Shown here: positions 14,137-25,387 of the stretch, piece after piece
Numbering within the stretch: the stretch's first letter is position 1
How the letters are laid out: each line of letters begins with the position of its first letter
Assembly: GCF_006345805.1 (NCBI RefSeq)
Contig: NC_043005.1
Span: 109,430,001-109,494,000 of the forward strand
Direction: 5' to 3'
DNA: 64,000 bases
Source of the DNA: Octopus sinensis
Lineage: Eukaryota
The notes under the pieces: model-generated
Told to the model about the DNA's origin: nothing
What the model saw: only the letters and a program-made list of their open reading frames with translations
Databases searched by the model: none
Program-made: the position numbers and the translations under genes

Positions 14137-15160
14137 TGATTGATTGATTGATTGATTCTAGTTTCAGCTTATGAGCTGTGGCCATGCTGGGGCACCACCA
14201 TTTGGTGTTGCTACTTGGTTTTACTTCACGAAAGCTTTTTAGCAACTGCCATTTGGTGCATGAGAGAGTTCGATGCAGCTGCCCTCATCTGCAACTCCTG
14301 CCGTGAAGTTGGTTCATCTGGGACACCTGACAGGAAGAGATCCAGTTTCATTTTAAAGACATCTGCATCCACCCCATGCAGGTCTCTCAGGTTCTTCAGG
14401 ATATTGAAGAGCTGTGGGCCTCGGAAGCCCAGGCTATCACAGAATCTTGTCCTACATCTTGATGGCAAGTTTGGAGTCCTAGGCACCATGCAGTGGCGCC
14501 CAGTTCTGGCATTTGTGTAACTCTCGATGCCAAAGTTTAGGACACGTCCCTCCAGGATCTTCCAGATGTATATTATGGCATACCTTTCCCGCCTACGCTC
14601 CAGGGAATATAGTTTTAATCTCTTGAGTCTTTCCCAGTAGCTTACATTCTGCATAGAGGCTATCTTCTTCGTGTAGCTACGTTGGATCGCCTCGAGCTCT
14701 GTGATCAACTTGACACTGGATGGTGACCATAACTGAGAGCAGTAGTCAAAGTGGCTCTGCTACCTCCTTTATGAATGGGGCATATTTTACCTTCCTTCAG
14801 TTTTCTTGGAAGTTTGCCAGCTGCAAGGAAGCTCTGAAAGAGGAACTGCAGTGGTCTTGCTAGGACTCTCTTACATGCTTTTAGGAGGATTGCTGGGAAT
14901 CCATCGGGGCCAGTAGCTGAGTCTGTTTTCATTTCATCTATAGCCTTGATTACATCGTCTTCCTTTATATCGATGTAATCTATCGTCGCCGCCTCTGATT
15001 TTATATCTGCAGTGGTAAAAAAGTCAGTTAGATTGGTGATTTGGAGATGCCCAAGTGGTGGAGTGAAAACACTCTTGAATTGCTCATTCAGTATTTCACT
15101 TACCCTCATTGGTTTTCCTGTAAGTGTGCCATCCTTTTCGAGGAGTGGCCCTATTCTACA
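14137..15160 (-). mobile_element. CR1/L2-group LINE fragment, 5'-truncated and internally deleted, with (CAAT)n tail
   Basis: SATGPDGFPAILLK and PIHKGG are joined directly to HFDYCSQLWSP, LEAIQRSYTKKI and LYSLERRRERY. The tail repeat is at 14137-14157. Confidence 0.85.
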
Positions 15161-15221
15161 GTATATATATATACATATAATTAGTGAATGGAAGAAATGG
15201 AGTTGAACGAAGATTGTACAG

Positions 15222-15329
15222 AATTCCTTTTATTACATTCTACACATGTTTCAAAGGCCACAATTTTCCAAATTCTGATTAAATAAGGATACCATATTGC
15301 AGCTTTCTCTTCAGGAAAAACCAGGAATT
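15222..15329 (-). ncRNA. Type I hammerhead ribozyme with canonical core
   Basis: CTGAAGA (15308-15314), then a 12-bp stem II with one mismatch (GAAAGCTGCAAT/ATTGTGGCCTTT), then GAAA, stem III ACA(TG)TGT and GUA with cleavage predicted at 15241/15240. Stem I is TTC/GAA plus distal AATTCCT/AGGAATT. Confidence 0.8.
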
Positions 15330-15945
15330 ACGTTGTCAGAACAAAACAAAACAAAGGCGCAGCAAAGCAATTCGAACGAGGACGCTCCTTAAGAGCCCAT
15401 GGGTAAAATGTTTATCAATGTACGTTGAAATCGGGGGGTTGGTGGGGGCCGACAAAAAGGTCCGTTGGAATAAAACCAGGTCAGGCCGCGGTCAAATCTA
15501 GTAGGTGAGGAATTAATGAGAACAAGGGGTGTGGAGATGTTCTGTGTGACCAAAGTTAATGTTCTGAATATTTTAAGAATTCAGGGTGTATTTTTTAGGT
15601 GCGAGACAATATCTACCTAAAAGCATGTGTGTGTATACTAGCCTATGTGTTAGCCGCCGTATGTTGGCGAGGGGCGCTAGATAATGAGCACTGCTGAAAA
15701 AAGCCTGTCAGGCGGCTGAAATAATTCTGTGTTCGTGTGTCCGTCTGTGGCCTGCTTGTCTAAAAATTATCCTCGTCAAAGAATCAGGGGGGTATATAAT
15801 TCCAGCGCCTGCTTCTAAAAAACCGACCAATCGCCTAAGGGGAGTAATTTCCCCTTGCAAGAGTTATTCAGAGATTTTTTAAAAAGTTTTTTCCAAAAAT
15901 TATTTTCATTTTAATAGGGTATCAAGGTGTTAATTGTCTTAGGTA

Positions 15946-18525
15946 TCATTTATATGTAAGAAACGTATGACGCCGCCAATGGGGACATCGAAAAGCAGTC
16001 TGTAAAAGCCCGTTTACCAAACGGCCTCTGGCGAACAATATGTGGAAAAGCTCAGAGTTACAAAGATTACATATCCTTCTGCCTCTATCAAACGGGAGGG
16101 CCACCGACAAAATCGACCATTCCAGCCTAAAACTGAATTCGCGTTCTCAAACGCCATAAGTTTGCTAAGTCCTGTAGCTTGGTATTTATTAACGTCGCGA
16201 AAAGTTGCGAAATGGTTCGATATTCTCAAGGCCAATTTTGACGATGAGGCTCCGACATACGAGTAGACATCCGAATCCGTGTAAACATTGCATTGGTAAA
16301 TGGCATTTCTGATCTTGGAGTTACTAGACAAGAACCTTATTCTATTGGGATTTGCTTCTGATATTAATACTGCATTCTTATTACTATAATGACTGTGAGA
16401 ACAGCGGCCGCCTACTACATTATACTCCTCGTTATCAATACTAATTATGGACTATCCCCTGTGCATTCCCTATCACTGAGAACGCTGTGATTGCTAGTAT
16501 CCGTGGACCTACTATTGTCGGAAACGTTGCTAAAGTTGCTATAAGGACTCTCTACATTAATGACCCGAACTGCGCTCACCTCCCTACTACCATTACTAAC
16601 GTTATTATCACCACCATTTCTTCTATCGTTAATCCTATTATTTACTCCCTGGTTGGTACGGAGATTACCAGTCACTGTACTGGCTCTTTTATCATTATTA
16701 CTACTATTATTATTCCTACTGCGCATTAAACTGGAATTAGACGGAGCTGCGCCTCCGGACAATGGTGATAGGGTCTTAATAAGCAGCCTATTATTATGGG
16801 AGGCGATTATCTGGGAAAGGTTTTTTGTGTTGGAGAAAGCTATCCTAACTTTATGTGAGTTAACTGTGGAGTAATATTTGGAATTTCTGGGAAAGTTACT
16901 GGCAATGGCTTGGCGAAACAGGAGGGGAAGATTAGTTCTAATCTGCTTACCAAAGGGAATTACAAACCAAATATGTTTATTCCTATTTTTGTGATGGGTC
17001 GGGGAGCCAGCTCTGACATTAAGGTGGGTGATTCTAGGTTGAATAAAAGGTTTTGGTTTAGTATGACCTCCCCCGGACCGTAAATTATCTATGTTCCCTA
17101 AATTAAATCCAGAAGTACCTGCTCCAACACTCCCCCCGCTCCCATCACTACTTAAATTATTTATGTTATTATAGACGGCCCTATCCTGACGATCGAATGG
17201 TGGCATCGGAAGGGCTGGATCAATATATACTACCTTCTGCCTATAACCGGCTTTGGATAGTGCGGCGTTATAAAATTCCGCTTTCTGCATAAAAATGTCG
17301 ACACTAGCGGACAAATTAGACAATCTTAGAGAGATATTTTTAACCAAATTGTCTGTTATAGTTTTGGCATGATTGGAGAAGACACTGACATACTTTAAAT
17401 TAGTGGAAGGCTTATGGTAAGGCAGTATGAATTGCTATGGAGGTTTAGTGTGACGTCTAGGAAATTAGCCTTAGTAAGTTCATTATCAAAAACTATATTC
17501 ATGCCATTCTATTAAAGAACCTAGCTAACCTATTTTTAGTTTTCTGTACGATTCTGTTTGTGGTGTTTTGCAGGTAAAACAGACAATCGTCACGATACAG
17601 GCCGCCCGCGATGTCCGGAATTGGTCGGATAATTCGTAGAGAATATAGATTCCGACCAAATCGGCTATCTGCGCGCTATCCGAACTACCCATAGGCACAT
17701 CAAACTCGTTGGGAGTATCTTTACGAATCCACAACTTATTTTCAAACTTTATAAATGATTTTCTGGCAACTAAAATAATATCAATTTCTTCTCTAGTGAG
17801 GCCTGCCTTGTTGTGAGCATGCCACAGGGCCTTATTTAGTACACTAGGGTTAATCGAGGGGTAGAAGCTAGCAATATCAAACTGAATAAACCTAGTACGG
17901 TTCTTATTAGGGATGGAAGAGAACCACTTCACGACCTGCGAGGAGTTAGGCTAAGCTTCAGGTTATTTACTAAACTAGGGATATATTTATCTAAAATATA
18001 CTTACTGATGGTCCCGATATCGGAACTAGCAGGGCATATAAGTCTTAACGCTGGGTTGGTGTAGAAATTCGGTTTGTGGTCCTTCACTATGAATCTAGGT
18101 TGTTTAGGGCTAAGCGGCTGCATTCTCATTTGAATTCCGTATTTAAACATTATTTCCTTAATCTCCAAGTTTACTTTTCTCAGTGTGTTCCAATTAGTTG
18201 TTCTATAATTCTTCTTGATCTCTTTTCCGAGTAAATCTAAGTACTGTCTAATGGGTAACTTATACGTGTTCCTTGTCTTGTCAGACTGGACCAAGATTCC
18301 ATCCGACCTATTAATATCCTTGGTAATTTTTTCTAGGTATCTGAGGTGTTCATTTCTCCTGGGTGACTTCCTGAACTTAATCTTCCTTACGATGTCCCAC
18401 AAGTCATCCTCAAACTTCTTCAGTCTTGGGTTAGGTGGCGGTGTATCCATCGACTTAAAAAGCCCACAATATTCGGACGATGCTGCTGCCCGGTTCAATT
18501 TTAGATCCTCGTTGCGCCAACGCAC
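15946..18525 (-). pseudogene. Frameshifted single PLE ORF (RT + GIY-YIG)
   Basis: ORF-track pieces 17929-18525, 17525-17932, 16445-17347 and 16014-16331 are collinear. About 7 frameshifts reconnect them, and the endonuclease C-terminus LEWSIL...CNLCNSELFHIL...RCPHWRRHTFLTYK* is recovered. Confidence 0.85.
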
Positions 18526-18649
18526 GGTTGCAACACCATATGGTCATATCTCCAACCGTGTTTTTTCTGCTGTGATTTTTGCTACCCAGGTATCGATTAA
18601 ACTTTTGAATAATCCGTAACAAGATAATTCATCTTTCCATTTCAACAAA

Positions 18650-18782
18650 CATATATATATACATATATATATACATATATATATATACATACATATATAT
18701 ATTACATATATGTATACATATATACATATATATATACATATATATATAACATATATACATATATATATACATATATATATAC

Positions 18783-18814
<32 letters not shown>

Positions 18815-18852
18815 CATATATATAATATATACATATATATATACATATATAT

Positions 18853-18902
<50 letters not shown>
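18650..18902. repeat. (TA)n/(TACA)n microsatellite at the PLE 5' boundary
   Basis: Read directly from the sequence. Confidence 0.95.
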
Positions 18903-18904
<2 letters not shown>

Positions 18905-20397
18905 TCATCATCATCATCATCATCATTTAGCGTCCGCTTTCCATGCTAGCATGGGTTGGACGAGTCAACTGGGGTCTGTGAAGCTGGAAGGCTTCGTCAG
19001 GCCCAGTCAGATCTGGCAGTGTTTCTACGGCTGGATGCCCTTCCTAACGCCAACCACTCTGTGAGTGTAGTGGGTGTTTTTTACGTGCCACCTGCACAGG
19101 TGCCAGACAGAGCTGGCGAACGGCCACGAACGGATGGTGCTTTTACGTGTCACCGGCACGGGGCCAGGCGATGCTGGCAACGGACATGAACGGATGGTGC
19201 TTTTACATGCCACCGACACGGGGCCAGACAGAGCTGGCAAACGGCCACGAACGGACGGTGCTTTTACGTGTCACCGGCACGGGGGCCAGCCGAGGCTGAC
19301 AACGGACGCGAACGGATGGTGCTTTTACGTGCCACCGACACGGTTGCCAGACAGAGCTGGCAAACGGCCACGAACGGACGGTGCTTTTACGTGCCACCGA
19401 CATGGGGCCAGACAGAGCTGGCAAATGGCCACGAACGGACGGTGCTTTTAACGTGTCACCGGCACGGGCCAGACAGAGCTGCAAACACGAGGACTGTGCA
19501 AACGTACGGGGGCCAGCCGAGGCTGACAACGGACGAACGGATGGTGCTTTTACGTGCCACACGGTTGCCAGACAGTGGCAAACGGCCACGACACGGTGCT
19601 TTTAGTGCACCGACATGGGGCCAACAGAGCTGGCACGGCACGAACGGACGGTGCTTTTACGTGTCACCGGCACGGGGCCAGACAGAGCTGGCAAACAGCC
19701 ACGAGCGAATGGTGCTTTTACGTATCACCGGCACGGGTGCCAGACAAGGCTGACAGCGGACACGAATGGATGGGTCACTTAACCCCTGCTTTCTGATATA
19801 TGATTTGATTTTGATTGTTCTCACTGGTCTTGCCGGGTCTTCTCACGCACAGCATACTTCCATAGGTCTCGGTCTCTGGTCATTTCTTTGGTGAGACCTA
19901 GAGTTCGAAGGTCGTGCTTCACCACCTCGACCCAGGTTTTCCTGGGTCTACCTCTTCCACAGATCCCCTCAACTGCCAGGGTGTGGCACTTTTTCACACA
20001 CCTATCTTCATCCATTCTCGCCACATGACCATACCAGCGCAACCGTCTCTCTTGCACACAACATCTGATGCCTCTTAGGTCCAACTTTTCTCTCAAGGTA
20101 CTTACACTCTGTCGACTATGAACACTGACATTACACATCCAACGGAGCATACTAGCTTCATTTCTCGCAAGCTTACGCATGTCCTCAGCAGTCACGGCCC
20201 ATGTTTCACTGCCATGTAGCATGGCTGTTCGTACACATGCATCATACAGTCTGCCTTTTACTCTGAGTGAGAGGCCTTTAGTCACCAACAGAGGTAAGAG
20301 CTCCCTAAACTTTGCCCAGGCTATTCTTACTCTAACAGTTACACTTTCAGCACACCCACCCCCACTACTGACTTGGTCACCAAGATAACGGAAGCTA
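18903..20397 (-). mobile_element. Second 5'-truncated RTE LINE with tandem-repeat 3' UTR and (GAT)n tail
   Basis: ORF 19821-20397 (FRYLGD...RLRWYGHV...KTRQDQ*) is closely similar to 11262-11818. About 11 copies of a 55-60 bp unit lie at 19100-19770, and (CAT)n at 18905-18925. Confidence 0.9.
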
Positions 20398-20410
20398 TAT
20401 ATATATATAT

Positions 20411-20520
20411 TGGCCTGCTCGCTTAGCCAGCAGAGTGGCATCATTTGAAGGCTAAAACAATGCGAATCGTATTGTGACCAGCGATGTGTACCAACAACTG
20501 ATAGCCTGGTCTGTCACGGT
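20411..20520 (+). mobile_element. Isolated SINE tail segment between TA runs
   Basis: ggcctgctcgcttagccagc...ttgtgaccagc matches 32219-32340 and 62441-62515. Confidence 0.65.
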
Positions 20521-20561
20521 GATATATATATATATATATATATTATAGTGGAATAAGCCGG

Positions 20562-20621
20562 TTTATGTGGTTACCCTGGGTTTCTTGCTCTTACCCTTAT
20601 GGTGTATCTTCAGACCCCAAA
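20562..20621 (-). ncRNA. Hammerhead motif with intact core but damaged stem II
   Basis: Minus strand reads TTTGGGGT-CTGAAGA-(22 nt)-GAAA-CCC(A)GGGT-A-ACCAC. Same family as the arms of 8034-8345. Confidence 0.55.
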
Positions 20622-20707
20622 CATTGCTGGCCTGACGCAGTCCAGTGGTGGAAATAAATAAAAGATAAAGAGATAATGAATCTGCTTTCACCAGAGCCAG
20701 ATATTCT

Positions 20708-20915
20708 TTAACCCTTTGGCATTCTGATTACTTTGCCAAAAGTAGTGCCTATTCTTCACATTGCTTTCTTTTAATCCTGAATTATCTCACAGCTTTGAGA
20801 TTTCAACGTTGTGATTGTGTTTTAGAATGATATGGTTGGGTAGGTGTGAGAAGCCAGATCTGGCCAGGTTGAACACATAAAGCAAGGTAGAATATTTGGG
20901 CTGGATATGGCTGGT
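20708..20915 (+). mobile_element. Probable piggyBac-type MITE fragment (left end only)
   Basis: Begins TTAA-CCCTTTGGCATTC. No matching right end was found. Confidence 0.35.
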
Positions 20916-21695
20916 ATTCATAAACACCTCTTTCATTGTCTTATTTCCCCAATACAATTCTCTCTTTTTCTCCCATCATTTTCTTTCTGCTACTTTCATA
21001 AATTCTCCTTTCTTCAATTTGTGTTCCTTTCTATCAATATCTTTTTCATTTAATACATTTTATATCTGATTTTTCATATCATTTTCGTTTTTATCATCAC
21101 CAATAACTCAGCATTTTCTTTCTTCCTTCCTTTCTTCCTTCCTTCCTTCCTTTCTTTCTTCCTTTCTTCCTTTCTTTCTTTCTACTTCAGCTACTTTTTC
21201 TTATCGTGCAAAGATCGATCAAGAAATTGTTATACACCATAAAAATTATGCTTTATAGAATTTTGCTAGTTCTTTCTATTTCCTCTCCTGCATAAAGGTG
21301 TGTATATACTTTTTTCTTAATTTTGCTTTTATTTATTCGCATATTTTTCATACTGTTAACAACTGAAACTGGTACAAAATGTGAAAATTTAATTATAAAT
21401 GTAAGTTGGTCAATGTTTTAAGTTAAGACCACTGTAAGAAATTTTATATTTCTTTCCCTCATGGCAACTGTAAAAATAAGAAAGTGAGAAATGATAAAAA
21501 AGCAATATAAATAAATAAGAATGTTGAAGACATATCAAATAAAACAGTAGGTAAAGTTAATTATATATTTATGACATCAAAAGGGCGAAGAACACACCTA
21601 CATACCTGCATAGATATTCATATAGGTGAGTACAGATGATTGCAGAACTATAACGTATGTGGAAGTGGAGGTGCATATTGTGTGTGTGTAGGTGT

Positions 21696-21855
21696 GAGCA
21701 TGGCTGTATAGTTAAAAGTTTGGCTTCCCAATCATGGAATCGGGGATTCAGTCCCAATGTACAACACTTCAGGCAGGTGTCTTCTACTTTATCTCCAGGT
21801 CAGCCAAAGTTTTGTTTGTGGATTTCGGTGGAAGAAAACTGAAAGAAAACTCTCA
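21696..21855 (+). mobile_element. SINE A 5' half, diverged
   Basis: Homology to the 8375 and 40105 copies. Confidence 0.7.
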
Positions 21856-21867
21856 TGTATACATGGG

Positions 21868-22194
21868 TGAAGACCCTGCCTCAGTCATGAATGACCATGG
21901 GAATGTACCTAGAAAGTTACCCTACAAGGCACAAGTCAGGACAAGGTTGCTTATGGAAAACCAGCAGTTGTCCATGCATATCAGGCTTCACTCTCCATGC
22001 CATCAATGTTATTCAAGAGAAAAAGCAAAGACAGATACAGCTTGGCACCAGTGACATCGCAACTCATTTCTACGGCTGAGTGAACTGAAGCAACGTGAAA
22101 TAAAGTGTCTTGCTCAAGAACACAACATACAGCCAGTCCAGGAATCAAACTCACTACCTCATAGTTGTGAACTCAATGCTCTAACCACTGAGCC

Positions 22195-22196
<2 letters not shown>
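21868..22196 (-). mobile_element. tRNA-headed SINE with CORE-like body
   Basis: Minus strand has A-box-like tggctcagtggttagagc, B-box-like gagtttgattcc and body gtgttcttgagcaagacactttatttcac. Confidence 0.75.
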
Positions 22197-22253
<57 letters not shown>

Positions 22254-22255
<2 letters not shown>

Positions 22256-22439
22256 GGGAGAGTTTATGAAAAAAAACAAAAGACGAAGACTTGTGGTGTA
22301 CAAAACAAACAGATGTATTAGTATAACGCTCGGGAATTCAAAAAGTCTTTTACATTTCAAGCCTACGCTCTTCTACAGAAAGGGACACAGAAAAAACAAG
22401 GAGAGAAAAAATGTGTGTAGTGGCTAACGATCTATCATG

Positions 22440-22446
<7 letters not shown>
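22254..22446 (-). mobile_element. Short PLE-like fragment embedded in (TA)n, with hammerhead-like motif at 22347-22382 (A6U core)
   Basis: Minus strand reads CTTT-CTGTAGA-A-GAGC(GTAG)GCTT-GAAA-TGT-A-AAAG. (TA)n lies on both sides, and the fragment is homologous to 59850-60030. Confidence 0.6.
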
Positions 22447-22488
<42 letters not shown>

Positions 22489-22491
<3 letters not shown>

Positions 22492-22640
22492 GTTAGGAAG
22501 GGCATCCAGCTGTACAAACACTGCCAGATCTGACTGGCCTGGTGCAGCCTTCGGGCTTCCCAGACCCCAGTTGAACCGTCCAACCCCTGCTAGCATGGAA
22601 AGCGGATGTTAAACGATGATGATGATGATGATGATGATGA
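22489..22640 (+). mobile_element. RTE 3' terminal stub with (GAT)n tail
   Basis: ggcgttaggaagggcatccagc...catggaaagcggatgttaaacgatgatg matches 13770-13880 and the reverse complement of 18905-19060. Confidence 0.8.
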
Positions 22641-22748
22641 TATAGAAAGAGAGAGAGATACATATATATTTAGGTATGTGTGTGTGTGAGAGAGAGCGTG
22701 TGTATGTGTGTACGCATTCATACACACACACATACATATATAGGCAAA

Positions 22749-23390
22749 AGCATGGCTCTGTGGTTATGTGGTTAAGAAGCTCATTTTGTAACCATATGGC
22801 TTTAGGTTCAGTCCTTTTCCACATCAACTGGGGCAAGCATCTTCTACTATAGCCCTGGGTCGACCAGTGCCATGGGAGTGAATGTAGGAAACAGAAAGTG
22901 AGGAAGCCATTTATATATATTTACATGCAAGTGTGTGTATGTGTGCACACAGGCAGGTACGTGTATCTGTGTGTGTGTGTTGTGTGTGTGTGTGTTTGTG
23001 TGTGTATGCATGTCTTTTTGTATCTGTGTCTGTCAAGGAAGCCTCTTGTATATATTTACATGGATGTGTGTGTATGTGTGCACACAGGCAGGGGTGTGTG
23101 TTTGTGTGTATGTGCTTGTGTGTGTGTGTTTGTGTGTGTTTGCGTGTGTGTGTGTGTGCATGTTTTTTTGTATCTGTGTTTGTCACCCACCACCACTTGA
23201 CAACCAGTGTTGGTTTGTTCACATCCCTAAAATTTATTCTGGCAAAAAAACTGATAGAATAAGAGCCAAACTTTTAGAAAAAAACCCCAGAGGTTCTGGG
23301 TGGGGGTGAGAGACTTGCTCAACTAAAACCCTTCAAAGTTGTACCTAGAATGCTTGCAGTCCAATAACCAAAATACCAAACGATGAAAAA
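22749..23390 (+). mobile_element. SINE A with internal tandem duplication of about 130 bp in the (TG)n region
   Basis: aggaagcc...tatatatttacatg...gtgtgcacacaggcagg occurs twice (about 22902 and 23036). Confidence 0.7.
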
Positions 23391-23859
23391 TGCATCCATA
23401 CATACATGTACACACACATATAACATGCGCACACACACACACACATATACATACACGTGAACATGAACAGACACACAAACATGCTCATATGCACACACAC
23501 ACCACACATGTATCCCAATAATTCTTCGCAATAGTGATAATAGGAAAGCATTTTAAGTGTCTCTTTCTGTCAGATGTTTATTGTCCAAATTCCCACAAAA
23601 GAAGCGTCTTGACTTAGTTATAGACTGTTGAATATGTCCGACAGGAAAGAAAAATTTATTGACACACAAGCTTGTATGTACGCATGTATCCATGCATGTG
23701 TGTATCTAAGTTTTTTTTTCTGTTTGTGCATATGTGTATGTATATATACATATATAGAGGTTTGTATGTATTTGTGAGTGTGTATGTGTGTGTGTGTGTA
23801 CGTGCATGAGTATGCACCCCACACACCCACACATAGATCAAGAGATAGATAAAATGCAT

Positions 23860-24380
23860 GTGCACATAAATATATATATACATATATATATATACATACA
23901 TATATATATATATTTACATACATGTATATATGTATGTATGTATATATATATATATATATGTATGTATATATATATATACACATATACACATATATATATA
24001 TACATATATATATATTTACATACATATATATATTATATTTACATACATGTATATATGTATGTATGTATATATATATATATATATGTATGTATATATATAT
24101 ATACACATATACACATATATATATATACATATATATATATTTACATACATATATATATATTTACATACATGTATATATGTATGTATGTATGTATATATAT
24201 ATATATATATATAATATATATATATATATACATATATATACGCATACACACATATATATATATATATATATATACGTGCACATATATATACGTGCATATA
24301 TATATATATATACGTGCATATATATATACGTGCATATATATATATATGTATGCATATATCTACATATAGATACATACACA
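23860..24380. repeat. (TA)n/(TACA)n tract with an approximately 124-bp higher-order period
   Basis: ttacatacatgtatatatgtatgtatg recurs at about 23914, 24038 and 24161. Confidence 0.8.
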
Positions 24381-24914
24381 TAGAAATTACTTTATAAATT
24401 ATACTTTTTTTACTAGGTCTTACTGATTTTATGTCCAGAAAGATATGACCAAACTGAGAAACTTTCATTTATATGTATATATATATATTTTTTTTTTGCA
24501 TATTTATTATATTTTATTACATTACCTCACATTACTTTATACCATAATATATCAAGCTATATTAAAATACAATGTATGTTATAGTGCAGAGTCCACTATA
24601 TAGCAGAGCGTATATATTTGCAAAGCCTACACATACATATATACTTTGTCGACGAAATACAATGTACATTCTACCCAACAGGCCTCTACATACTCTCCCT
24701 ACCATTTTCCTTTCACTTCACTTGAATCTATCACAAGCTACAGTTGTTGTTGTTGTTGTTGTTATTTTAATTGGGTTTGTTTTTGTTTAACCCCAGGTTG
24801 TTTCTAACCAGCCTGACCTACAACTAAAGTTGTTCTACACATGTCCATCCTCTTTGTTTCCAACTTCCTATGTCATACTACGAAATTAGTCTTTCATCTT
24901 TTAAATCAGTCTTA

Positions 24915-25356
24915 TGAGAGGGTGCTGAAAAGTTCCTAGCTTTAGGGCATTGCTAAAGGCCTGGTTGGATGCTTGATGTTCCAAGTTCTTTTACAGGCCT
25001 CAGAAAAACTGAAGGACCACTGCAATAAGTGTGTGAATCTGAGAGGGAAATAAATTGAATAAAGTTATAATCAGCTAATCCTCCTGTATTTCCTTTTCCC
25101 CAAGCCAAGAACTTTTCAAGAACCACTTGTCTGTATATATATATATATATATATATACATATATATATACACACATGAAAGGCCTGGTTGGAAGTCCAAC
25201 CTTCTGAGTTCTTTTGCAGGGCTTAGAAAAACTGAAGGACTGTTGCAATAAGTGTGTGAATCTGAGAGGGAAATAAATTGAATAAAGTTATAATCAGCTA
25301 ATCCTCCTGTATTTCCTTTTCCCCAAGCCAAGAACTTTTCAAGAACCACTTGTCTG

Positions 25357-25387
<31 letters not shown>

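Larger units (their letters stand above)
15170..18650 (-). mobile_element. Penelope-like retroelement: RT, C-terminal GIY-YIG endonuclease, about 780-bp 3' region with hammerhead
   Basis: Motifs SDKT, KDHK, FDIASFYPSI, FDVPMGSSDSAQIADLVG, GLYRDD (17586-17603 in a shifted frame), NFLDVTLNL, NAIY...SYVG, CNLC and CPH. Stop at 15946-15948. Flanked by TA runs. Confidence 0.9.

Noticed and set aside
19100-19770. CRISPR-like repeat/spacer appearance of the hairpin-containing units (also 11970-13750)
   Set aside because: The variable parts are homologous to one another rather than unique spacers, there are no cas genes, and the array is part of an RTE 3' UTR in eukaryotic DNA.
14390-20232. CTGANGA hits at about 14393, 17418 and 20225 (minus)
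   Set aside because: They lie inside retroelement ORFs and have no properly placed stem II, GAAA or stem III.
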